Notes: generated from the sequence alone by a model not told the origin. A stretch of 32,000 nucleotides of DNA from Blochmannia endosymbiont of Camponotus modoc (GCF_023585785.1 NZ_CP097765.1:750001-782000); one strand, 5' to 3'. Shown: positions 11,875 through 24,634, counted from the first letter of the stretch. Numbers and translations: made by a program.

Positions 11875-12660
11875 ATGCAAAAATTAGCTTTAGGCATTGA
11901 ATACGATGGGTCTTGGTACTGCGGCTGGCAAAGACAAAGAGATGCGCCAAGTATCCAGAGTTACATAGAAAACGCTATAAAAAAAATAACAGATGAGTCA
12001 GTAACGGTATTTTGTGCGGGCAGAACCGATTCTGGAGTACACGCTTTGGGACAAGTTGTTCATTTTGAAACTTATTCTCGGCGCTCAAAATCAGCTTGGA
12101 CATTGGGTATGAATCGTTATTTGCCGTCAAGTATTTGCGTACGCTGGGCTAAATTAGTAAATAAAAACTTCCATGCTCGCTTTAGCGCTATTTCTCGTCG
12201 TTACTGTTATATAATCAATAATAGTTGTATACGATCTGCTTTGTTATTTAGAAAAACTTGGCATTATAAAAAATATTTAGATCACAATAAAATGTGTGAT
12301 GCTGCTCAGTATTTATTAGGAGAAAATGACTTCTCTTCGTTTCGTGCCGCAGGGTGTCAGTCATATTCAACGCGAAGGAAATTATATCATATACGTATCA
12401 TACGAAAAGGTCAATGTATTGTGATAGATATTAAAGCTAATTCTTTTATGTATCGTATGGTACGAAATATTGTAGGTAGTTTAGTAAAAGTTGGTTGTGG
12501 GGAGCAACCAGAAACATGGATTGCAGAGTTATTAGAAAATTGCAATAGATCACTAGCTGGTGTAACAGCTCCAGCTAGTGGTTTATATTTGGTGGAAGTT
12601 AAATATCCTTCAGATTTTTCTATCCCTTCTTCTTTCATCGAAGAACTGTGGTGTGCATAA
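11875..12660 (+). CDS. truA: tRNA pseudouridine(38-40) synthase
   Basis: The 261-aa ORF is collinear with E. coli TruA, with ALGIEYDGS.Y.GWQRQ, the catalytic FCAGRTDSGVHA block and GENDFSSFRA. Confidence 0.95.
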   Translation: MQKLALGIEYDGSWYCGWQRQRDAPSIQSYIENAIKKITDESVTVFCAGRTDSGVHALGQVVHFETYSRRSKSAWTLGMNRYLPSSICVRWAKLVNKNFHARFSAISRRYCYIINNSCIRSALLFRKTWHYKKYLDHNKMCDAAQYLLGENDFSSFRAAGCQSYSTRRKLYHIRIIRKGQCIVIDIKANSFMYRMVRNIVGSLVKVGCGEQPETWIAELLENCNRSLAGVTAPASGLYLVEVKYPSDFSIPSSFIEELWCA

Positions 12661-13006
12661 ATATTTTACATTTTGTATTGCATTATTATCATATTTGCAC
12701 ATATTTCTGTGAATCTATGTTCTAATGAGAAATGAATTACATGTTTATAATTATTTTTATAAGATGTCTTTATGCGATTGAATTATTTTTATTATATTTT
12801 GAAAAATATGTACATGAAAATAATTATATATATCATATATTCGACGTAGTATATTACTCTCAATGAGGCGGTAGTTCTATTAAGCTATATTTTTAATAAT
12901 GGATTTATTTTTTATAAATAATTTATGAACATGGAATTATTAATATTTACAATATATAAATATATGTTAAACATGTTTAATTTTGTTAAAAATTTAAAGG
13001 TTAAAA

Positions 13007-13891
13007 ATGAGTTGGATTGAACGAATTCTTAATAAAAGCACCATTATACCCACCAGAAAAATAAATATTCCAGAGGGAATATGGACTAAGTGTGATAATT
13101 GTGGCCAATTATTATATAAAAAAGAGTTAGAACGTAATTTAGAAGTGTGTCCTAAATGCGATCATCATATGAGAATTGCAGCGAGGGTACGTTTATTTTC
13201 CTTTTTAGATCAAGGAAGTACATCTGAATTAGGAAGTGAATTCGAACCCAAAGATATTTTGAAGTTTAGAGATTCGAAAAGATATAAAGATCGTTTAATT
13301 TCAGCACAAAAAATAACAAAAGAAAAAGATGCATTGATAGTTATGCAGGGTACTTTATATGGTATGAAGATTGTTGCTGCTTCTTTTGAATTCGCTTTTA
13401 TTGGCGGATCGATGTCTTCTGTAGTGGGAGCTCGTTTTGTGCATGCAGTAAATCAAGCCTTAAAAATTAGGTGTCCATTAGTTTGTTTTACTGCAAGTGG
13501 TGGTGCTCGTATGCAAGAAGCTCTTATGTCTTTAATGCAAATGGCGAGGACTAGTGCCGCGTTAGCTAATTTACATGAGCGGTGTTTACCATATATTTCT
13601 GTTTTAACTAATCCTACTATGGGAGGAGTATCCGCTAGCTTAGCCATGCTAGGCGATCTGAATATTGCTGAGCCAAAAGCACTGATAGGATTTGCTGGGC
13701 CTAGGATTATTGAGCAAACAGTTCGAGAAAAATTACCGTTGGGATTTCAACGCAGTGAATTTTTGTTGGAAAAAGGATCGATTGATCTAATTGTACGTAG
13801 ACCAGATTTACGATTTAAAGTAGCAGGATTATTAGCTAAGTTAACTCAACAACCAATACCAAAAGTTGATTATAGGCATTCTGTTGAATAG
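13007..13891 (+). CDS. accD: Acetyl-CoA carboxylase carboxyltransferase beta subunit
   Basis: The 294-aa ORF starts MSWIERI like E. coli AccD. It has the N-terminal Cys4 zinc finger (CDNCGQ...CPKCDHH) and the GGSMG-type CT domain. Confidence 0.96.
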   Translation: MSWIERILNKSTIIPTRKINIPEGIWTKCDNCGQLLYKKELERNLEVCPKCDHHMRIAARVRLFSFLDQGSTSELGSEFEPKDILKFRDSKRYKDRLISAQKITKEKDALIVMQGTLYGMKIVAASFEFAFIGGSMSSVVGARFVHAVNQALKIRCPLVCFTASGGARMQEALMSLMQMARTSAALANLHERCLPYISVLTNPTMGGVSASLAMLGDLNIAEPKALIGFAGPRIIEQTVREKLPLGFQRSEFLLEKGSIDLIVRRPDLRFKVAGLLAKLTQQPIPKVDYRHSVE

Positions 13892-13956
13892 ATACCTATA
13901 TTTGTATTAATTTATATCCATGCAAAATACTACAATAATTAAAATTTTTGTAAAAT

Positions 13957-15234
13957 ATGAATAAAATTTTTCATACTCCCACCGTGCAATCATCTCTTGG
14001 AAAATGGCTGCATTATATTGAATCTTTAAGTCATATATTAATTGATTTAAATCTCGATAGGGTACGAAAAATAGCTACTGATCTTGACTTAATACATCCC
14101 GCAGAGTATGTTATACTAGTCGGAGGTACAAATGGTAAGGGTACCACATGTTGTTTATTAGAAACTATTTTATTAAATAATAATAATACAGTTGGTTTGT
14201 ATACTTCTCCCCATCTACTTTCTTATAATGAACGGATTCGAGTGTGTGGAAAAGAGCTGCCGGATAGTACGCATATTGAAGCATTATCTGTTATAGAGTC
14301 CGCACGTCATCATATTGCACTAACTTATTTTGAATTTATTACTTTGTCTGCTTTGTATATATTTAAACGGGCTAAATTAGATTTAGTTATTCTTGAAGTT
14401 GGATTAGGTGGTAGATTAGATGCTACAAATATTGTCAACCCTGATATTTCTGTAATTACTAATTTTGCAATAGATCATACTGATTTTTTAGGTATAAACC
14501 GTGATATGATTGCACAGGAAAAATCAGGTATTTTTCGTTTTAAAAAACCAGCAGTAATTGGTGAAAGTTGTTTTCCAGTGATTGCGCGAAAAATGGCGCA
14601 ATATTGCGGAGCAATGTTGTTTGCGCGTGGAAGGGATTGGAATTTTCGTGTTTATGGAAATAAATGGATTTGGTGGGGGGAGCGCTCTAATGATTGTAGA
14701 TTATTACATGATTTACCGTTACCTATAATCCCAATAGAAAATGCCGCTACAGCGTTAAGCGTATTATATTGGTTACCTTTTTTGGTTGATAAAACAGCAA
14801 TAAGCTATGGGTTGCAAGTAGCTACTTTGCCAGGACGTTTTCAAATAGTTACTCGCAGACCGTTTGCAATATTAGATGTAGGGCATAATCCTCATGCTGC
14901 TCATTATTTGACTCAACGATTATCTGTTATTCTTTTAAGAAGGACAGGTAAAGTGAGAATGGTTATAGGAATGTTAAAAAATAAGGATATTAAAGGTACC
15001 ATATGTTGTTTAAATCATTTAGTTGATATCTGGTATTGTTCTGATTTAAATGTCCCGTTTTCTGCGAGTTCTGTAGAACTATCTGATTGTTTGTTGAATT
15101 GTAATGTTCAGAGATTTAGTAATATATTAGATGCTTGGAATCAGGCTGTATTAGATGCATCATTTGATGATTGCATTTTAGTATTTGGATCCTTTCATGC
15201 TGTCAGTCCAATTATGAGAAATATAATGAAATAG
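13957..15234 (+). CDS. folC: Bifunctional folylpolyglutamate synthase / dihydrofolate synthase
   Basis: The 425-aa ORF is collinear with E. coli FolC (422 aa), with the P-loop GTNGKGTTC, LEVGLGGRLDATN, LPGRFQ and VGHNPHAA. Confidence 0.95.
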   Translation: MNKIFHTPTVQSSLGKWLHYIESLSHILIDLNLDRVRKIATDLDLIHPAEYVILVGGTNGKGTTCCLLETILLNNNNTVGLYTSPHLLSYNERIRVCGKELPDSTHIEALSVIESARHHIALTYFEFITLSALYIFKRAKLDLVILEVGLGGRLDATNIVNPDISVITNFAIDHTDFLGINRDMIAQEKSGIFRFKKPAVIGESCFPVIARKMAQYCGAMLFARGRDWNFRVYGNKWIWWGERSNDCRLLHDLPLPIIPIENAATALSVLYWLPFLVDKTAISYGLQVATLPGRFQIVTRRPFAILDVGHNPHAAHYLTQRLSVILLRRTGKVRMVIGMLKNKDIKGTICCLNHLVDIWYCSDLNVPFSASSVELSDCLLNCNVQRFSNILDAWNQAVLDASFDDCILVFGSFHAVSPIMRNIMK

Positions 15235-15580
15235 TTATAAATTTATATTTTGGTGTATATGCTGATCAGTGTTAGGAAATTATGGTCTTTGATGTTCTTG
15301 TTATTAAATAGTTTTACATTAATTATTTAATATTAATATAAGTAGAAAATAGAAAATCAAAAACTAATGATCTTAGGTCGTTAGATATTTTAGTTGTATA
15401 TAAATTGTATGTGTCAGAAAATTGATCGTAAATTAATTAAATAAATTTAGAGAAATTATTTTTCTATTATTTTGTGATTATTTATTTGGAAATTGCATTC
15501 TTTAAGAGAATGCTATCAGTAATATATTGAATTTTAAATTTTAGTTAATTTAATTTATATTTTATACTTATGATCGCTGT

Positions 15581-15617
15581 AATATATATTATATATGTTC
15601 TATATATAATATATATT
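15581..15617. repeat. Perfect 16-bp-arm AT-only inverted repeat (5-nt loop) in the nuo upstream spacer
   Basis: Arms aatatatattatatat (15581-15596) and atatataatatatatt (15602-15617) are exact reverse complements around the loop gttct. The TA-rich low complexity inflates the chance expectation. Confidence 0.5.
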
Positions 15618-15881
15618 TTGTGCAAGGATACACCAGTTACTATATAGTATACAGAATCATATCGCCCATTGTGTTGTATAATGCTGTATGTATGGGGTTT
15701 TGTATCATTTTTTTAATTTTAACTTGTACCAAATAAAAATGGATATAGTAAATAGTTTTATAGATTCATGAAATCAATTATTAAGTATGTCATTATGAGT
15801 GTATTTTTAATGAAACGGGATAGTAAAAATTTAAATGTTTATGTTTTATAGTAGTGAAACTTATAATTTGATGTAAATGTA

Positions 15882-16343
15882 GTGTTCAATAACAAAAAAA
15901 AGCAGGTATATAATTTGTGTGATACTTATCATTGGGGTTTAATAGCATTTATAGTTGGAATCTTATTTTTATGTGTTTTTATGTTGTCTTGTGGATATTT
16001 TCTGGGAGGATGTTCAAGTTCACGTTCTAAAAATGTGCCATTTGAGTCGGGAATTAAATCTATAGGGAATGCTAGAATACAATTCTCTGTTAAATTTTAC
16101 TTAATTGCGATGTTTTTTGTAATTTTTGATGTAGAAGGAATATATGTATATGCTTGGGCTGTATCTGTGCGAGATGTGGGTTGGATAGGGTTTAGTGAGA
16201 TTTTTATTTTTATTTTTGTTTTATTAGTAAGTTTAGTATATTTGATACGAATTGGTATGTTTGATTGGATAGAACAATCATCACGATATGTCCATTGTGT
16301 AGATGATTTTGATATTGATACTTCGAGATATTTAAAAAAGTAA
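15882..16343 (+). CDS. nuoA: NADH-quinone oxidoreductase subunit A
   Basis: The 153-aa ORF contains the conserved KNVPFESGI...KFYLIAMFFVIFDVE block of NuoA. It has a GTG start at 15882, with no in-frame ATG before the first TM segment. The start is moderately uncertain. Confidence 0.9.
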   Translation: MFNNKKKQVYNLCDTYHWGLIAFIVGILFLCVFMLSCGYFLGGCSSSRSKNVPFESGIKSIGNARIQFSVKFYLIAMFFVIFDVEGIYVYAWAVSVRDVGWIGFSEIFIFIFVLLVSLVYLIRIGMFDWIEQSSRYVHCVDDFDIDTSRYLKK

Positions 16344-16358
16344 TAAAAGGTAGCAGAT

Positions 16359-17069
16359 ATGAAATATACTTTAACGACAGCTCGAACAGATAATAGTGAA
16401 GATGAGCAATATCCTCTTCAAGAAAAGAAGATTGTGACAGATCCGTTAGAAAAGAATATTCAACGGAATGTTTTTTTTGGAAAATTAAGTGTTTTTTTAC
16501 ATAAAATTGTTAATTGGGGACGAGGCAATTCTTTATGGCCTTATAATTTTGGATTATCCTGTTGTTATGTTGAAATGACTACCGCGTTCACTGCAGTACA
16601 TGATGTTGCTCGGTTTGGTTCAGAAGTGCTACGCGCCTCTCCTCGTCAAGCGGATTTTATGGTTATAGCGGGTACTCCGTTTCTTAAAATGGTGCCAGTA
16701 ATACAACGATTATATGATCAAATGTTAGAGCCTAAGTGGGTGATTTCTATGGGGGCTTGCGCGAATTCTGGAGGTATGTATGATATTTATTCTGTGGTGC
16801 AAGGAGTAGATAAATTTCTTCCTGTAGACGTCTATATTCCTGGATGCCCACCTAGACCTGAAGCGTATATTCAGGGGTTATTATTATTAAAAAAGTCTAT
16901 TAATGAAGAACGACGTCCACTTTCTTGGGTGTTGGGAGGTAAAGGAATATATAGAAGAAATATGGAGTCAGAGCGTCAACGTAAACATAATGCCCGCATA
17001 GCAGAAACTATTTTCTCTTCTCCAGATGATGAACTTAATGTATATTCAAAACAAAATGGCGAGGCATAA
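16359..17069 (+). CDS. nuoB: NADH-quinone oxidoreductase subunit B
   Basis: The 236-aa ORF begins MKYTLT...[14 protein letters not shown] like E. coli NuoB. The N2 cluster cysteines ([19 protein letters not shown]) are present. The C-terminus is about 12 aa longer than in E. coli. Confidence 0.96.
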   Translation: MKYTLTTARTDNSEDEQYPLQEKKIVTDPLEKNIQRNVFFGKLSVFLHKIVNWGRGNSLWPYNFGLSCCYVEMTTAFTAVHDVARFGSEVLRASPRQADFMVIAGTPFLKMVPVIQRLYDQMLEPKWVISMGACANSGGMYDIYSVVQGVDKFLPVDVYIPGCPPRPEAYIQGLLLLKKSINEERRPLSWVLGGKGIYRRNMESERQRKHNARIAETIFSSPDDELNVYSKQNGEA

Positions 17070-17108
17070 TCAATATTTTAAGAGTTTTTGTGATATAATT
17101 ATCATTAG

Positions 17109-18899
17109 TTGGTAGATATTATGCGTAATGATTCTACAGGTGCATCTTTAATTAAAAATATTTACCCGATATTAGATGATTTATTTTCTGTATTCAGTTC
17201 TGTAGACTTTGTGCTACAACCTACTCATACTGGAATTTTGATCATTTGGATCAAACGTGAGATGGTAATCCCGGTGTTGACATTTTTAAAAACAACATCA
17301 AAACCGTATATTATGTTATATGATTTGCATGGTATAGATGAAAGGTTGCGTATACATCGCGAAGGATTGCCAAAATCAGATTTTACAGTGTTTTATCATT
17401 TAATTTCCATATTACGTAATGATGATGTAATAATAAAAGTTCCTTTGCTAGAGCAATCTCTATACGTGGAGACAATAGTGTCTGTGTTTAAAAATGCGAA
17501 TTGGTATGAACGGGAAACGTGGGAAATGTTTGGAATTCATTTTGATAAGCATCCTAATTTAACGCGTATAATTATGCCAAAAAACTGGAATGGATATCCG
17601 TTACGCAAAGAATATCCAGCTCGTGCTACAGAATTTAATCCTTTTATTCTTACGAAACAAAAAGAAGATTTAGCAATGGAAGGATTATTATTTAAACCTG
17701 AAGAATGGGGAATGCATAGACATAGTAAACATGAAAATTTTATGTTTCTTAATTTAGGACCTAATCATCCTTCAGTGCATGGAGTATTTCGTATGATTTT
17801 ACAATTAAATGGAGAAGAAATTATAGATTGTGTTCCAGATATTGGTTATCATCATCGAGGTGCTGAAAAAATGGGAGAACGACAAACTTGGCATAGTTAC
17901 ATTCCTTATACTGATCGCATTGAATATTTAGGGGGCTGCGTCAATGAAATGCCCTATATTTTAGCTGTTGAAAAACTTGCTGGAATTGTGGTACCGGATA
18001 GAGTAAAAGTGATCCGCATTATGCTGTCTGAATTATTTAGAATTAATAGTCATTTGTTGTATATTAGCACTTATTTACAAGATGTAGGTGCTATGTCTCC
18101 AGTTTTTTTAGCGTTCACTGACAGACAGAAGATTTATGATGTTATTGAATCAATTACCGGCTCTCGTATGCATCCGGCATGGTTTCGTATTGGGGGGGTT
18201 GCTCATGATTTGCCTAGAGGTTGGGAGTGTTTATTAAGAAAATGTCTTGACTGGATTCCAAATCGTGTTTCTTTTTATGTTAAATCAACATTGGAAAACA
18301 GTATATTTAAAAAACGAGCGTGTGGTATTGGTGCATATAATTCCAAAGACGCATTAGATTGGGGAGTAACTGGAGCAGGATTGCGTGCAACTGGCATTGA
18401 ATTTGATATACGTAAGTCACGTCCTTATTCTGGATATGAAAATTTTGATTTTGATGTACCAATAGGAAATGGAATCAGCGATTCTTACAGTCGAGTAATG
18501 TTAAAAGTAGAAGAAATATATCAAAGTGTACGTATTTTGGAACAATGTTTGCAGAACATGCCAATAGGTCCATTTAAATCAGATCACCCTTTAGCAACTC
18601 CTCCTATGAAAGAATACGCCCTACAACATATAGAGACTCTCATTAATCATTTTCTGCAAGTATCATGGGGTCCTGTTATCCCAGCTAATGAGTCCTTTCA
18701 AATGATTGAAGCCACAAAAGGTATTAATAGTTATTATTTAATTAGTGATGGAAATACCATGAGTTATCGTACTCGTATTCGTACTCCTAGTTTTCCTCAT
18801 TTACAGCAGATTCCACATGTTATTCGTGGTAGTTTAATATCTGATTTAATTGTGTATTTAGGTAGCATTGATTTTGTTATGTCTGATGTAGATCGTTAA
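17109..18899 (+). CDS. nuoC: NADH-quinone oxidoreductase fused subunit C/D
   Basis: The 596-aa ORF is collinear with the enterobacterial fused NuoCD through the C-terminal [12 protein letters not shown]. The TTG start at 17109 (MVDIM, compare E. coli MVNNM) is taken from the ORF track. The ATG at 17121 is an alternative. Confidence 0.93.
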   Translation: MVDIMRNDSTGASLIKNIYPILDDLFSVFSSVDFVLQPTHTGILIIWIKREMVIPVLTFLKTTSKPYIMLYDLHGIDERLRIHREGLPKSDFTVFYHLISILRNDDVIIKVPLLEQSLYVETIVSVFKNANWYERETWEMFGIHFDKHPNLTRIIMPKNWNGYPLRKEYPARATEFNPFILTKQKEDLAMEGLLFKPEEWGMHRHSKHENFMFLNLGPNHPSVHGVFRMILQLNGEEIIDCVPDIGYHHRGAEKMGERQTWHSYIPYTDRIEYLGGCVNEMPYILAVEKLAGIVVPDRVKVIRIMLSELFRINSHLLYISTYLQDVGAMSPVFLAFTDRQKIYDVIESITGSRMHPAWFRIGGVAHDLPRGWECLLRKCLDWIPNRVSFYVKSTLENSIFKKRACGIGAYNSKDALDWGVTGAGLRATGIEFDIRKSRPYSGYENFDFDVPIGNGISDSYSRVMLKVEEIYQSVRILEQCLQNMPIGPFKSDHPLATPPMKEYALQHIETLINHFLQVSWGPVIPANESFQMIEATKGINSYYLISDGNTMSYRTRIRTPSFPHLQQIPHVIRGSLISDLIVYLGSIDFVMSDVDR

Positions 18900-18912
18900 T
18901 AAATGGAGAAAT

Positions 18913-19434
18913 ATGAGTAATATTAAAATTAATGATACGTCTACTGGTTTAACTAGTAATGGTTTTTTTCAATTAAGTCAAGAAGAATATAATGCTATTC
19001 AAGAGGAATGTACACATTATGAAGATATGCGCTCCGTTTCTATTGAAGCGTTAAAAATTATTCAAAAAAATCATGGGTGGGTACCAGATGAAGCAATTAT
19101 ATTGGTTGCTAAAATATTATGTATTTCTGCTGCTGATTTAGAAGGTGTCGCGACATTTTATAATCAAATTTTTCGTCAACCGGTAGGTCGTCATATCATT
19201 AGGTATTGTGATAGCGCGGTGTGTTACTTGGTTGGGTGTGAAAAAATTAAAAACACTTTAACATATCTGTTGAATATTACAGTGGGTAGTACAACTTCAG
19301 ATAATCGCTTTACCTTATTGCCTACTTGTTGTTTAGGTATTTGCGATAAAGCTCCAGTCATTATGATAGACAAAGATATTTATCCTTGTATAGTTCCGGA
19401 AACAATTACAAAATTGTTAGGACAGTATTTATGA
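18913..19434 (+). CDS. nuoE: NADH-quinone oxidoreductase subunit E
   Basis: The 173-aa ORF carries the 2Fe-2S ligand pattern (C..AVC....CC.G.C) typical of NuoE, in the operon position between nuoCD and nuoF. Confidence 0.93.
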   Translation: MSNIKINDTSTGLTSNGFFQLSQEEYNAIQEECTHYEDMRSVSIEALKIIQKNHGWVPDEAIILVAKILCISAADLEGVATFYNQIFRQPVGRHIIRYCDSAVCYLVGCEKIKNTLTYLLNITVGSTTSDNRFTLLPTCCLGICDKAPVIMIDKDIYPCIVPETITKLLGQYL

Positions 19435-20762
19435 GCAATACTTATGATATTAGCGCAGAAAATAATCCACTTACATGGAGAATGCGTGACGATAAACAAC
19501 CAGTATGGTTGCATGAATATAAATCTAAAAATGGGTATCGAGCCGCGTATAAAGCAATTACTCGAATGTCTCCAGAAGAGATTATTGGATTAGTTAGAAA
19601 TTCAGGTTTAAGAGGTCGTGGCGGCGGGGGTTTTTTTACCGGAATAAAATGGTCCATGATGTCTCAAAGTAAGTCAGGCTGCTCTCGTTATTTAGTGTGT
19701 AATGCAGATGAAATGGAACCAGGAACTTATAAAGATCGATTTTTAATGGAACGATTGCCTCATTTATTATTAGAAGGTATATTAATTTCAAGTTATGCTT
19801 TAGGGGTATCACGAGCGTATATTTTTTTGAGATATGAATACATAATTGTGGCGAAATATTTAACTCGCGCTATAGCCGAGATTAAATCAATTGGATTGAT
19901 TGGTAAAAACATATTGAATAGTGAGTTTAATTTTGAGTTATTCTTACATACAGGAGCTGGAAGATATATTTGTGGAGAAGAAACAGCGTTGATTAACGCT
20001 TTAGAAGGTCGTCGAGCAGTACCGCGTTCTAAACCACCGTTTCCAAGTCATGTAGGATTGTGGGGAAAACCTACATGTGTCAATAATGTTGAGACGTTAT
20101 GTAACATTCCAGGAATTATTGAACATGGGACCATTTGGTATCAAAATATTTCTTCTAAAAAAAGCAATGATTCAGGTACAAAACTAATGGGATTTTCTGG
20201 TCGAGTAAAAAACCCAGGGGTTTGGGAGTTACCTTTTGGTACAACTGCTAGAGAAATTTTAGAAGATTATTCTCAAGGAATGTGTCCTGGTTTTAGCTTA
20301 AAAGCATGGCAACCTGGGGGTGTGAGTACAGATTTTTTAACTAAAGATCATTTAGATACACCTATGGATTTTGATAATATTGCTATTTCTGGCAGTAGAT
20401 TTGGAACTGGTATGGCAATAGCAATAGATAATACCATAAATATGGTGTCTTTAGTGCGTAATTTAGAAGAGTTTTTTTCACGAGAATCTTGTGGTTGGTG
20501 TACTCCTTGTAGAGATGGTTTACCGTGGATAGTAAAGTTATTGATTTCTTTGGAAAATAAAGATGGTAGGCCTGGAGACATAGAATTGTTAGAGAAATTG
20601 TGTTGTGTACTTGGACCTGGAAGGACTTTTTGTGCTCACGCCCCAGGAGCTATAGAACCTTTGAAAAGTGCTTTAAAATATTTCAAAAATGAATTTGAAT
20701 TGGGTATTTATAAAGTTTATAAAAAGGAATTGAATCGTATTGCTTGTGTGCAAATTAATTAA
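19431..20762 (+). CDS. nuoF: NADH-quinone oxidoreductase subunit F
   Basis: The ORF is collinear with E. coli NuoF from MSNTYDIS...[15 protein letters not shown]. It has the FMN/NADH site [10 protein letters not shown] and the 4Fe-4S motif [10 protein letters not shown]. The preferred ATG at 19431 forms an ATGA overlap with the nuoE stop. The track's TTG at 19386 adds 15 unmatched residues. Confidence 0.94.
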   Translation: MSNTYDISAENNPLTWRMRDDKQPVWLHEYKSKNGYRAAYKAITRMSPEEIIGLVRNSGLRGRGGGGFFTGIKWSMMSQSKSGCSRYLVCNADEMEPGTYKDRFLMERLPHLLLEGILISSYALGVSRAYIFLRYEYIIVAKYLTRAIAEIKSIGLIGKNILNSEFNFELFLHTGAGRYICGEETALINALEGRRAVPRSKPPFPSHVGLWGKPTCVNNVETLCNIPGIIEHGTIWYQNISSKKSNDSGTKLMGFSGRVKNPGVWELPFGTTAREILEDYSQGMCPGFSLKAWQPGGVSTDFLTKDHLDTPMDFDNIAISGSRFGTGMAIAIDNTINMVSLVRNLEEFFSRESCGWCTPCRDGLPWIVKLLISLENKDGRPGDIELLEKLCCVLGPGRTFCAHAPGAIEPLKSALKYFKNEFELGIYKVYKKELNRIACVQIN

Positions 20763-20879
20763 AGAATTTTTTATCAAACATAAATATAATAATCATTTAT
20801 ATGTTCAATATAAAGAATGTACATTGATGATTTTTAAACTTTTTCAGGCACCAACAAAATATAAAATTGGTATATTAAA

Positions 20880-23639
20880 ATGATGATTTCTATTTATATA
20901 GAAGGGAAAAAGTATACGGTGGAAGATTCAAAAAATATACTGGAAACATGTTTGTCTCTTGGATTCGACATTCCTTATTTTTGTTGGCATCCTGCTTTAG
21001 GCAGTGTTGGAGCTTGCAGGCAATGCGCAGTGAAACAACAACATTTTGGTAACACAATAAAAGATACAAAAAGTCATTTGGTGATGTCTTGTATGACACC
21101 AGTATCAAATGGTAGTTCTATTATTATTTTTGATGATGAGGTAGAAGAATTTAGAAAGAATATATTGGAGTTGTTAATGATTAATCATCCTCATGATTGT
21201 CCGATATGCGAGGAAGGAGGTAATTGCCATCTTCAAGATATGACAGCAATGGTTGGACAAACATATCGTCGTTATAGGTTTAATAAGCGTACACATTATA
21301 ATCAATATTTGGGACCGTTTATTGGGCATGAAATGAATAGGTGTATTACTTGTTATCGCTGCATACGATATTATAATGATTACGCCGGAGGTGATGATTT
21401 AGGGGTATTTGGGGTGCATGATAACATTTATTTTGGACGAGTACAAGATGGTATGTTACGAAGTGAGTTTTCTGGAAATTTAATAGAGATATGCCCTACT
21501 GGAGTGTTTACTGATAAAACACAGCCACAAAATTATACCCGTAAATGGGATATGATTTTTGCGCCGAGTATTTGTCAACAATGTAGCGTTGGGTGTAATA
21601 TTATTATAGGTGAGCGTTACGGAAAGTTGTGTCGTGTTGAAAATCGCTATAATGGCAATATTAATGGTTATTTTTTGTGTGATCGTGGCCGATTTGGATG
21701 CGATTACGTTAATATTGATAATAGACCTAAAATTCCATCGAATAAGCAAGGCGATAATTGGGTTGTGTTGAATGAAAGACAAGCGATACAAGAGGCTGCT
21801 AATGGATTAAAATATAATTGTAATAGGATAATTGGTATTGGATCTTCTCGTGCCAGTATGGAAAGCAATTTTTCTTTATTAAAATTGGTAGGACCAGATA
21901 ATTTTTATAATGGGATTAATAATCTTGAACAAGAGCGATTATTATTAATAGTTGAAATACTGTGTAATAGTGGTATTCAAGTCCCGTCATTACATGAAGT
22001 GGAAAGTTATGATACAGTGTTAATATTAGGAGAGGATTTAACTCAAACTGGAGCACGAGTAGCACTGTCGATACGTCAGGTAGTTAAAGGAAAAGCTCGT
22101 AAAGACGCAGGGGATCAAGGAATTTTTGATTGGCAATCTGCGGCTATTATAAATAGCGCTCAAGGTATTAAAAATAATATATTGATAACTGGGGTTGACA
22201 AGACTAAATTAGACGATGTTGCTATATTAACATATTATGATTCAGTACAAAATCAAGCACGGTTTGGTTTTGCTGTTGCTCACGCTTTAGATCATACTGC
22301 TCCCGAGGTTAAAGATTTTGATTCTAAACTGAATGAGAAATTAGATATAGTTGTACAAAAATTAATGGAAGCGCGCAAGCCATTAATTATTTCAGGAAGT
22401 AATGCAGGTAGTAAAGAATTAATTGCTTCAGCAGCAAATATTGCTCGTGCTTTAAAAAATCGTGGGAGTGAAGTTGGAATTACTTTTATCGTAGGAGAAG
22501 TAAATAGCATAGGTTTAGTAATGTTAGGTAAAAAAAGTCTCGATGTTGCTCTTGTAGATATTTGTAGCACTAACACTTCATCCGTTGGTTTAATTGTCTT
22601 AGAAAGTGATTTGTATCGTCATGCACAGGCAAATCAAGTTGATGTTGCTTTAAATAAGGTTAATTATTTAATTGTATTAGATCATCAATATACTCTGATT
22701 CAAAAGAAGGCAAATTTAGTTTTACCAGTTTCTAGTTTTGTTGAAAGCGATGGGACTGTGATTAATTACGAAGGGCGTGCACAAAGGTTTTTTCGCGTAT
22801 ATAAGCCACAAAGTTATGAAAAAAATACAGTTATTTTAGAAAGTTGGAGATGGTTATATTTAATACATGATTGCTATATAAATTATATTAGAAAGAAAAA
22901 TTTGAATATTGATCAGATTATAGATGCTATTATTCATTATTTTCCAAAATTAATTGGTATTAAACAGGCATCTCCGGACGCATCTTTTCGTATATATGGG
23001 CGAAAACTAGCTCGTGCACCGCATCGTTATAGTGGACGTACAGCGATGTATGCTAATGTTGATGTACACGAACCCTATATATCACAAGATGATGATACGA
23101 TGTTTTCTTTTTCTATGGAAGGTAATCATGATGTTCAATCTTTTCATAAACAAGTGGCGTTTGCATGGGCTCCGGGATGGAATTCTCCACAAGCATGGAA
23201 TAAATTTCAAGATAAAGTAGGTGGGAATTTGCATTTTGGTAATCCGGGAATACGTGTATTACACACTGACAATGGTTCAACATTGAATTGGTTTAATATG
23301 ATTCCTCAATCCTTTAAAATTATGAAAAATGTTGATCGGTGGTTGATAGTACCTTATTGGCATTTATTTGGTAGTGAAGAAACTTCTCAGCGATCCAAGT
23401 GTATTCAAGATTGTATGCCAAATCCTTATGTAATGCTCAATCAATTAGATGCGTTGCAATTAAAAATACAAAAAAATATGTTGCTTAAATTTACATGTGT
23501 TGATCAAATTTTATGTTTACCGATTAAATTTAGTACTAATTTACCTATAGGCCATATTGGATTACCTTTAGGTTTTCCAGGTATTCCTTTATTTTTATCT
23601 GGTATGTATGCACAAGATGTTCAAGGGGTATTATTGTGA
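20880..23639 (+). CDS. nuoG: NADH-quinone oxidoreductase subunit G
   Basis: The 919-aa ORF is collinear with E. coli NuoG (about 908 aa), with [44 protein letters not shown] and CPTGVFTDK Fe-S motifs. Confidence 0.96.
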   Translation: MMISIYIEGKKYTVEDSKNILETCLSLGFDIPYFCWHPALGSVGACRQCAVKQQHFGNTIKDTKSHLVMSCMTPVSNGSSIIIFDDEVEEFRKNILELLMINHPHDCPICEEGGNCHLQDMTAMVGQTYRRYRFNKRTHYNQYLGPFIGHEMNRCITCYRCIRYYNDYAGGDDLGVFGVHDNIYFGRVQDGMLRSEFSGNLIEICPTGVFTDKTQPQNYTRKWDMIFAPSICQQCSVGCNIIIGERYGKLCRVENRYNGNINGYFLCDRGRFGCDYVNIDNRPKIPSNKQGDNWVVLNERQAIQEAANGLKYNCNRIIGIGSSRASMESNFSLLKLVGPDNFYNGINNLEQERLLLIVEILCNSGIQVPSLHEVESYDTVLILGEDLTQTGARVALSIRQVVKGKARKDAGDQGIFDWQSAAIINSAQGIKNNILITGVDKTKLDDVAILTYYDSVQNQARFGFAVAHALDHTAPEVKDFDSKLNEKLDIVVQKLMEARKPLIISGSNAGSKELIASAANIARALKNRGSEVGITFIVGEVNSIGLVMLGKKSLDVALVDICSTNTSSVGLIVLESDLYRHAQANQVDVALNKVNYLIVLDHQYTLIQKKANLVLPVSSFVESDGTVINYEGRAQRFFRVYKPQSYEKNTVILESWRWLYLIHDCYINYIRKKNLNIDQIIDAIIHYFPKLIGIKQASPDASFRIYGRKLARAPHRYSGRTAMYANVDVHEPYISQDDDTMFSFSMEGNHDVQSFHKQVAFAWAPGWNSPQAWNKFQDKVGGNLHFGNPGIRVLHTDNGSTLNWFNMIPQSFKIMKNVDRWLIVPYWHLFGSEETSQRSKCIQDCMPNPYVMLNQLDALQLKIQKNMLLKFTCVDQILCLPIKFSTNLPIGHIGLPLGFPGIPLFLSGMYAQDVQGVLL

Positions 23640-24610
23640 TGTTTGGTTCGTCAGAAATTGTTACGAAACATTGTTTTTCCTCCATTTTTCATGCGGTAAT
23701 TATTTTGTTAGTGGTATTTGCTTGTGGTGCATACATGAGTTTTTTAGAACGCAGGTTATTGGCGTTGTTTCAAAATCGTTATGGTCCTAATAGAGTAGGT
23801 TGGCATGGTTCATTACAATTATGCGCTGATTTAATTAAGGTTATGTTCAAGGAGGATTGGATCCCTCCATTTTCTGATCGTATCGTATTTGTTTTAGCCC
23901 CAGTGATAGCTTTTATTTCATCATTAATGAGTGTATTGATTATTCCTTTTACGCCTACGTGGATAATATGGGATTGCAATATTGGTGTATTATTCTTTCT
24001 TATGATGTCAGGGTTAATGGTTTATTCAGTGTTGCTTGCGGGTTGGGCAAGCAACAATAAATATGCTTTAATTGGAGCTGTGCGTGCTGCGGCTCAAACT
24101 CTTAGTTATGAGGTATTTTTAGGTTTATCTATAATGGGTGTAGTTGCCAAAGCTGGATCGTTTAATTTAAAAAATATAGTTGAAGATCAATTATATCTGT
24201 GGAATGTAATTCCTCAATTTTTAGGATTTATTACTTTTTTTTTAGCGGGTATGGCTTTATGTCATAGACATCCATTTGATCAACCAGAATCAGAACAAGA
24301 GTTGGCAGATGGTTATCATATTGAATATTCCGGTATTAAATTTAGTTTATTTTTTATTTCTGGATATATCAATATGATTGTCATTGCGTCATTCATTGTA
24401 ACACTGTTTTTTGGAGGGTGGAAAGGACCTTGGTTTCCTCCTGTAGTTTGGTTTATTACTAAAACTTTTTTATTGTTGATTCTGTTTATATTGATACGTG
24501 CGGCGTTACCACGTCCACGTTATGATCAAGTTATGTTGATAGGTTGGAAAATTTGTTTACCAATGACGTTGTTTAATTTATTAAGTACTGCTGTTGTTAT
24601 TTTATTATAA
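23636..24610 (+). CDS. nuoH: NADH-quinone oxidoreductase subunit H
   Basis: The 324-aa ORF is collinear with E. coli NuoH ([50 protein letters not shown]). The start is either GTG at 23636 or ATG at 23639, and both overlap the nuoG TGA (23637-23639). Confidence 0.95.
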   Translation: MMFGSSEIVTKHCFSSIFHAVIILLVVFACGAYMSFLERRLLALFQNRYGPNRVGWHGSLQLCADLIKVMFKEDWIPPFSDRIVFVLAPVIAFISSLMSVLIIPFTPTWIIWDCNIGVLFFLMMSGLMVYSVLLAGWASNNKYALIGAVRAAAQTLSYEVFLGLSIMGVVAKAGSFNLKNIVEDQLYLWNVIPQFLGFITFFLAGMALCHRHPFDQPESEQELADGYHIEYSGIKFSLFFISGYINMIVIASFIVTLFFGGWKGPWFPPVVWFITKTFLLLILFILIRAALPRPRYDQVMLIGWKICLPMTLFNLLSTAVVILL

Positions 24611-24634
24611 TTATTAATATAGGTTACATATATT

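Noticed and set aside
19386-19430. Upstream extension of nuoF (TTG start at 19386 in the ORF track), overlapping nuoE by 49 nt.
   Set aside because: The 15 extra residues have no counterpart in E. coli NuoF. The ATG at 19431 gives an ATGA stop/start overlap with nuoE and a collinear N-terminus.
23014-23790. Same-strand out-of-frame ORFs of 60-68 aa (23014-23220 and 23608-23790) within nuoG/nuoH.
   Set aside because: They are embedded in well-conserved reading frames, with no independent support.
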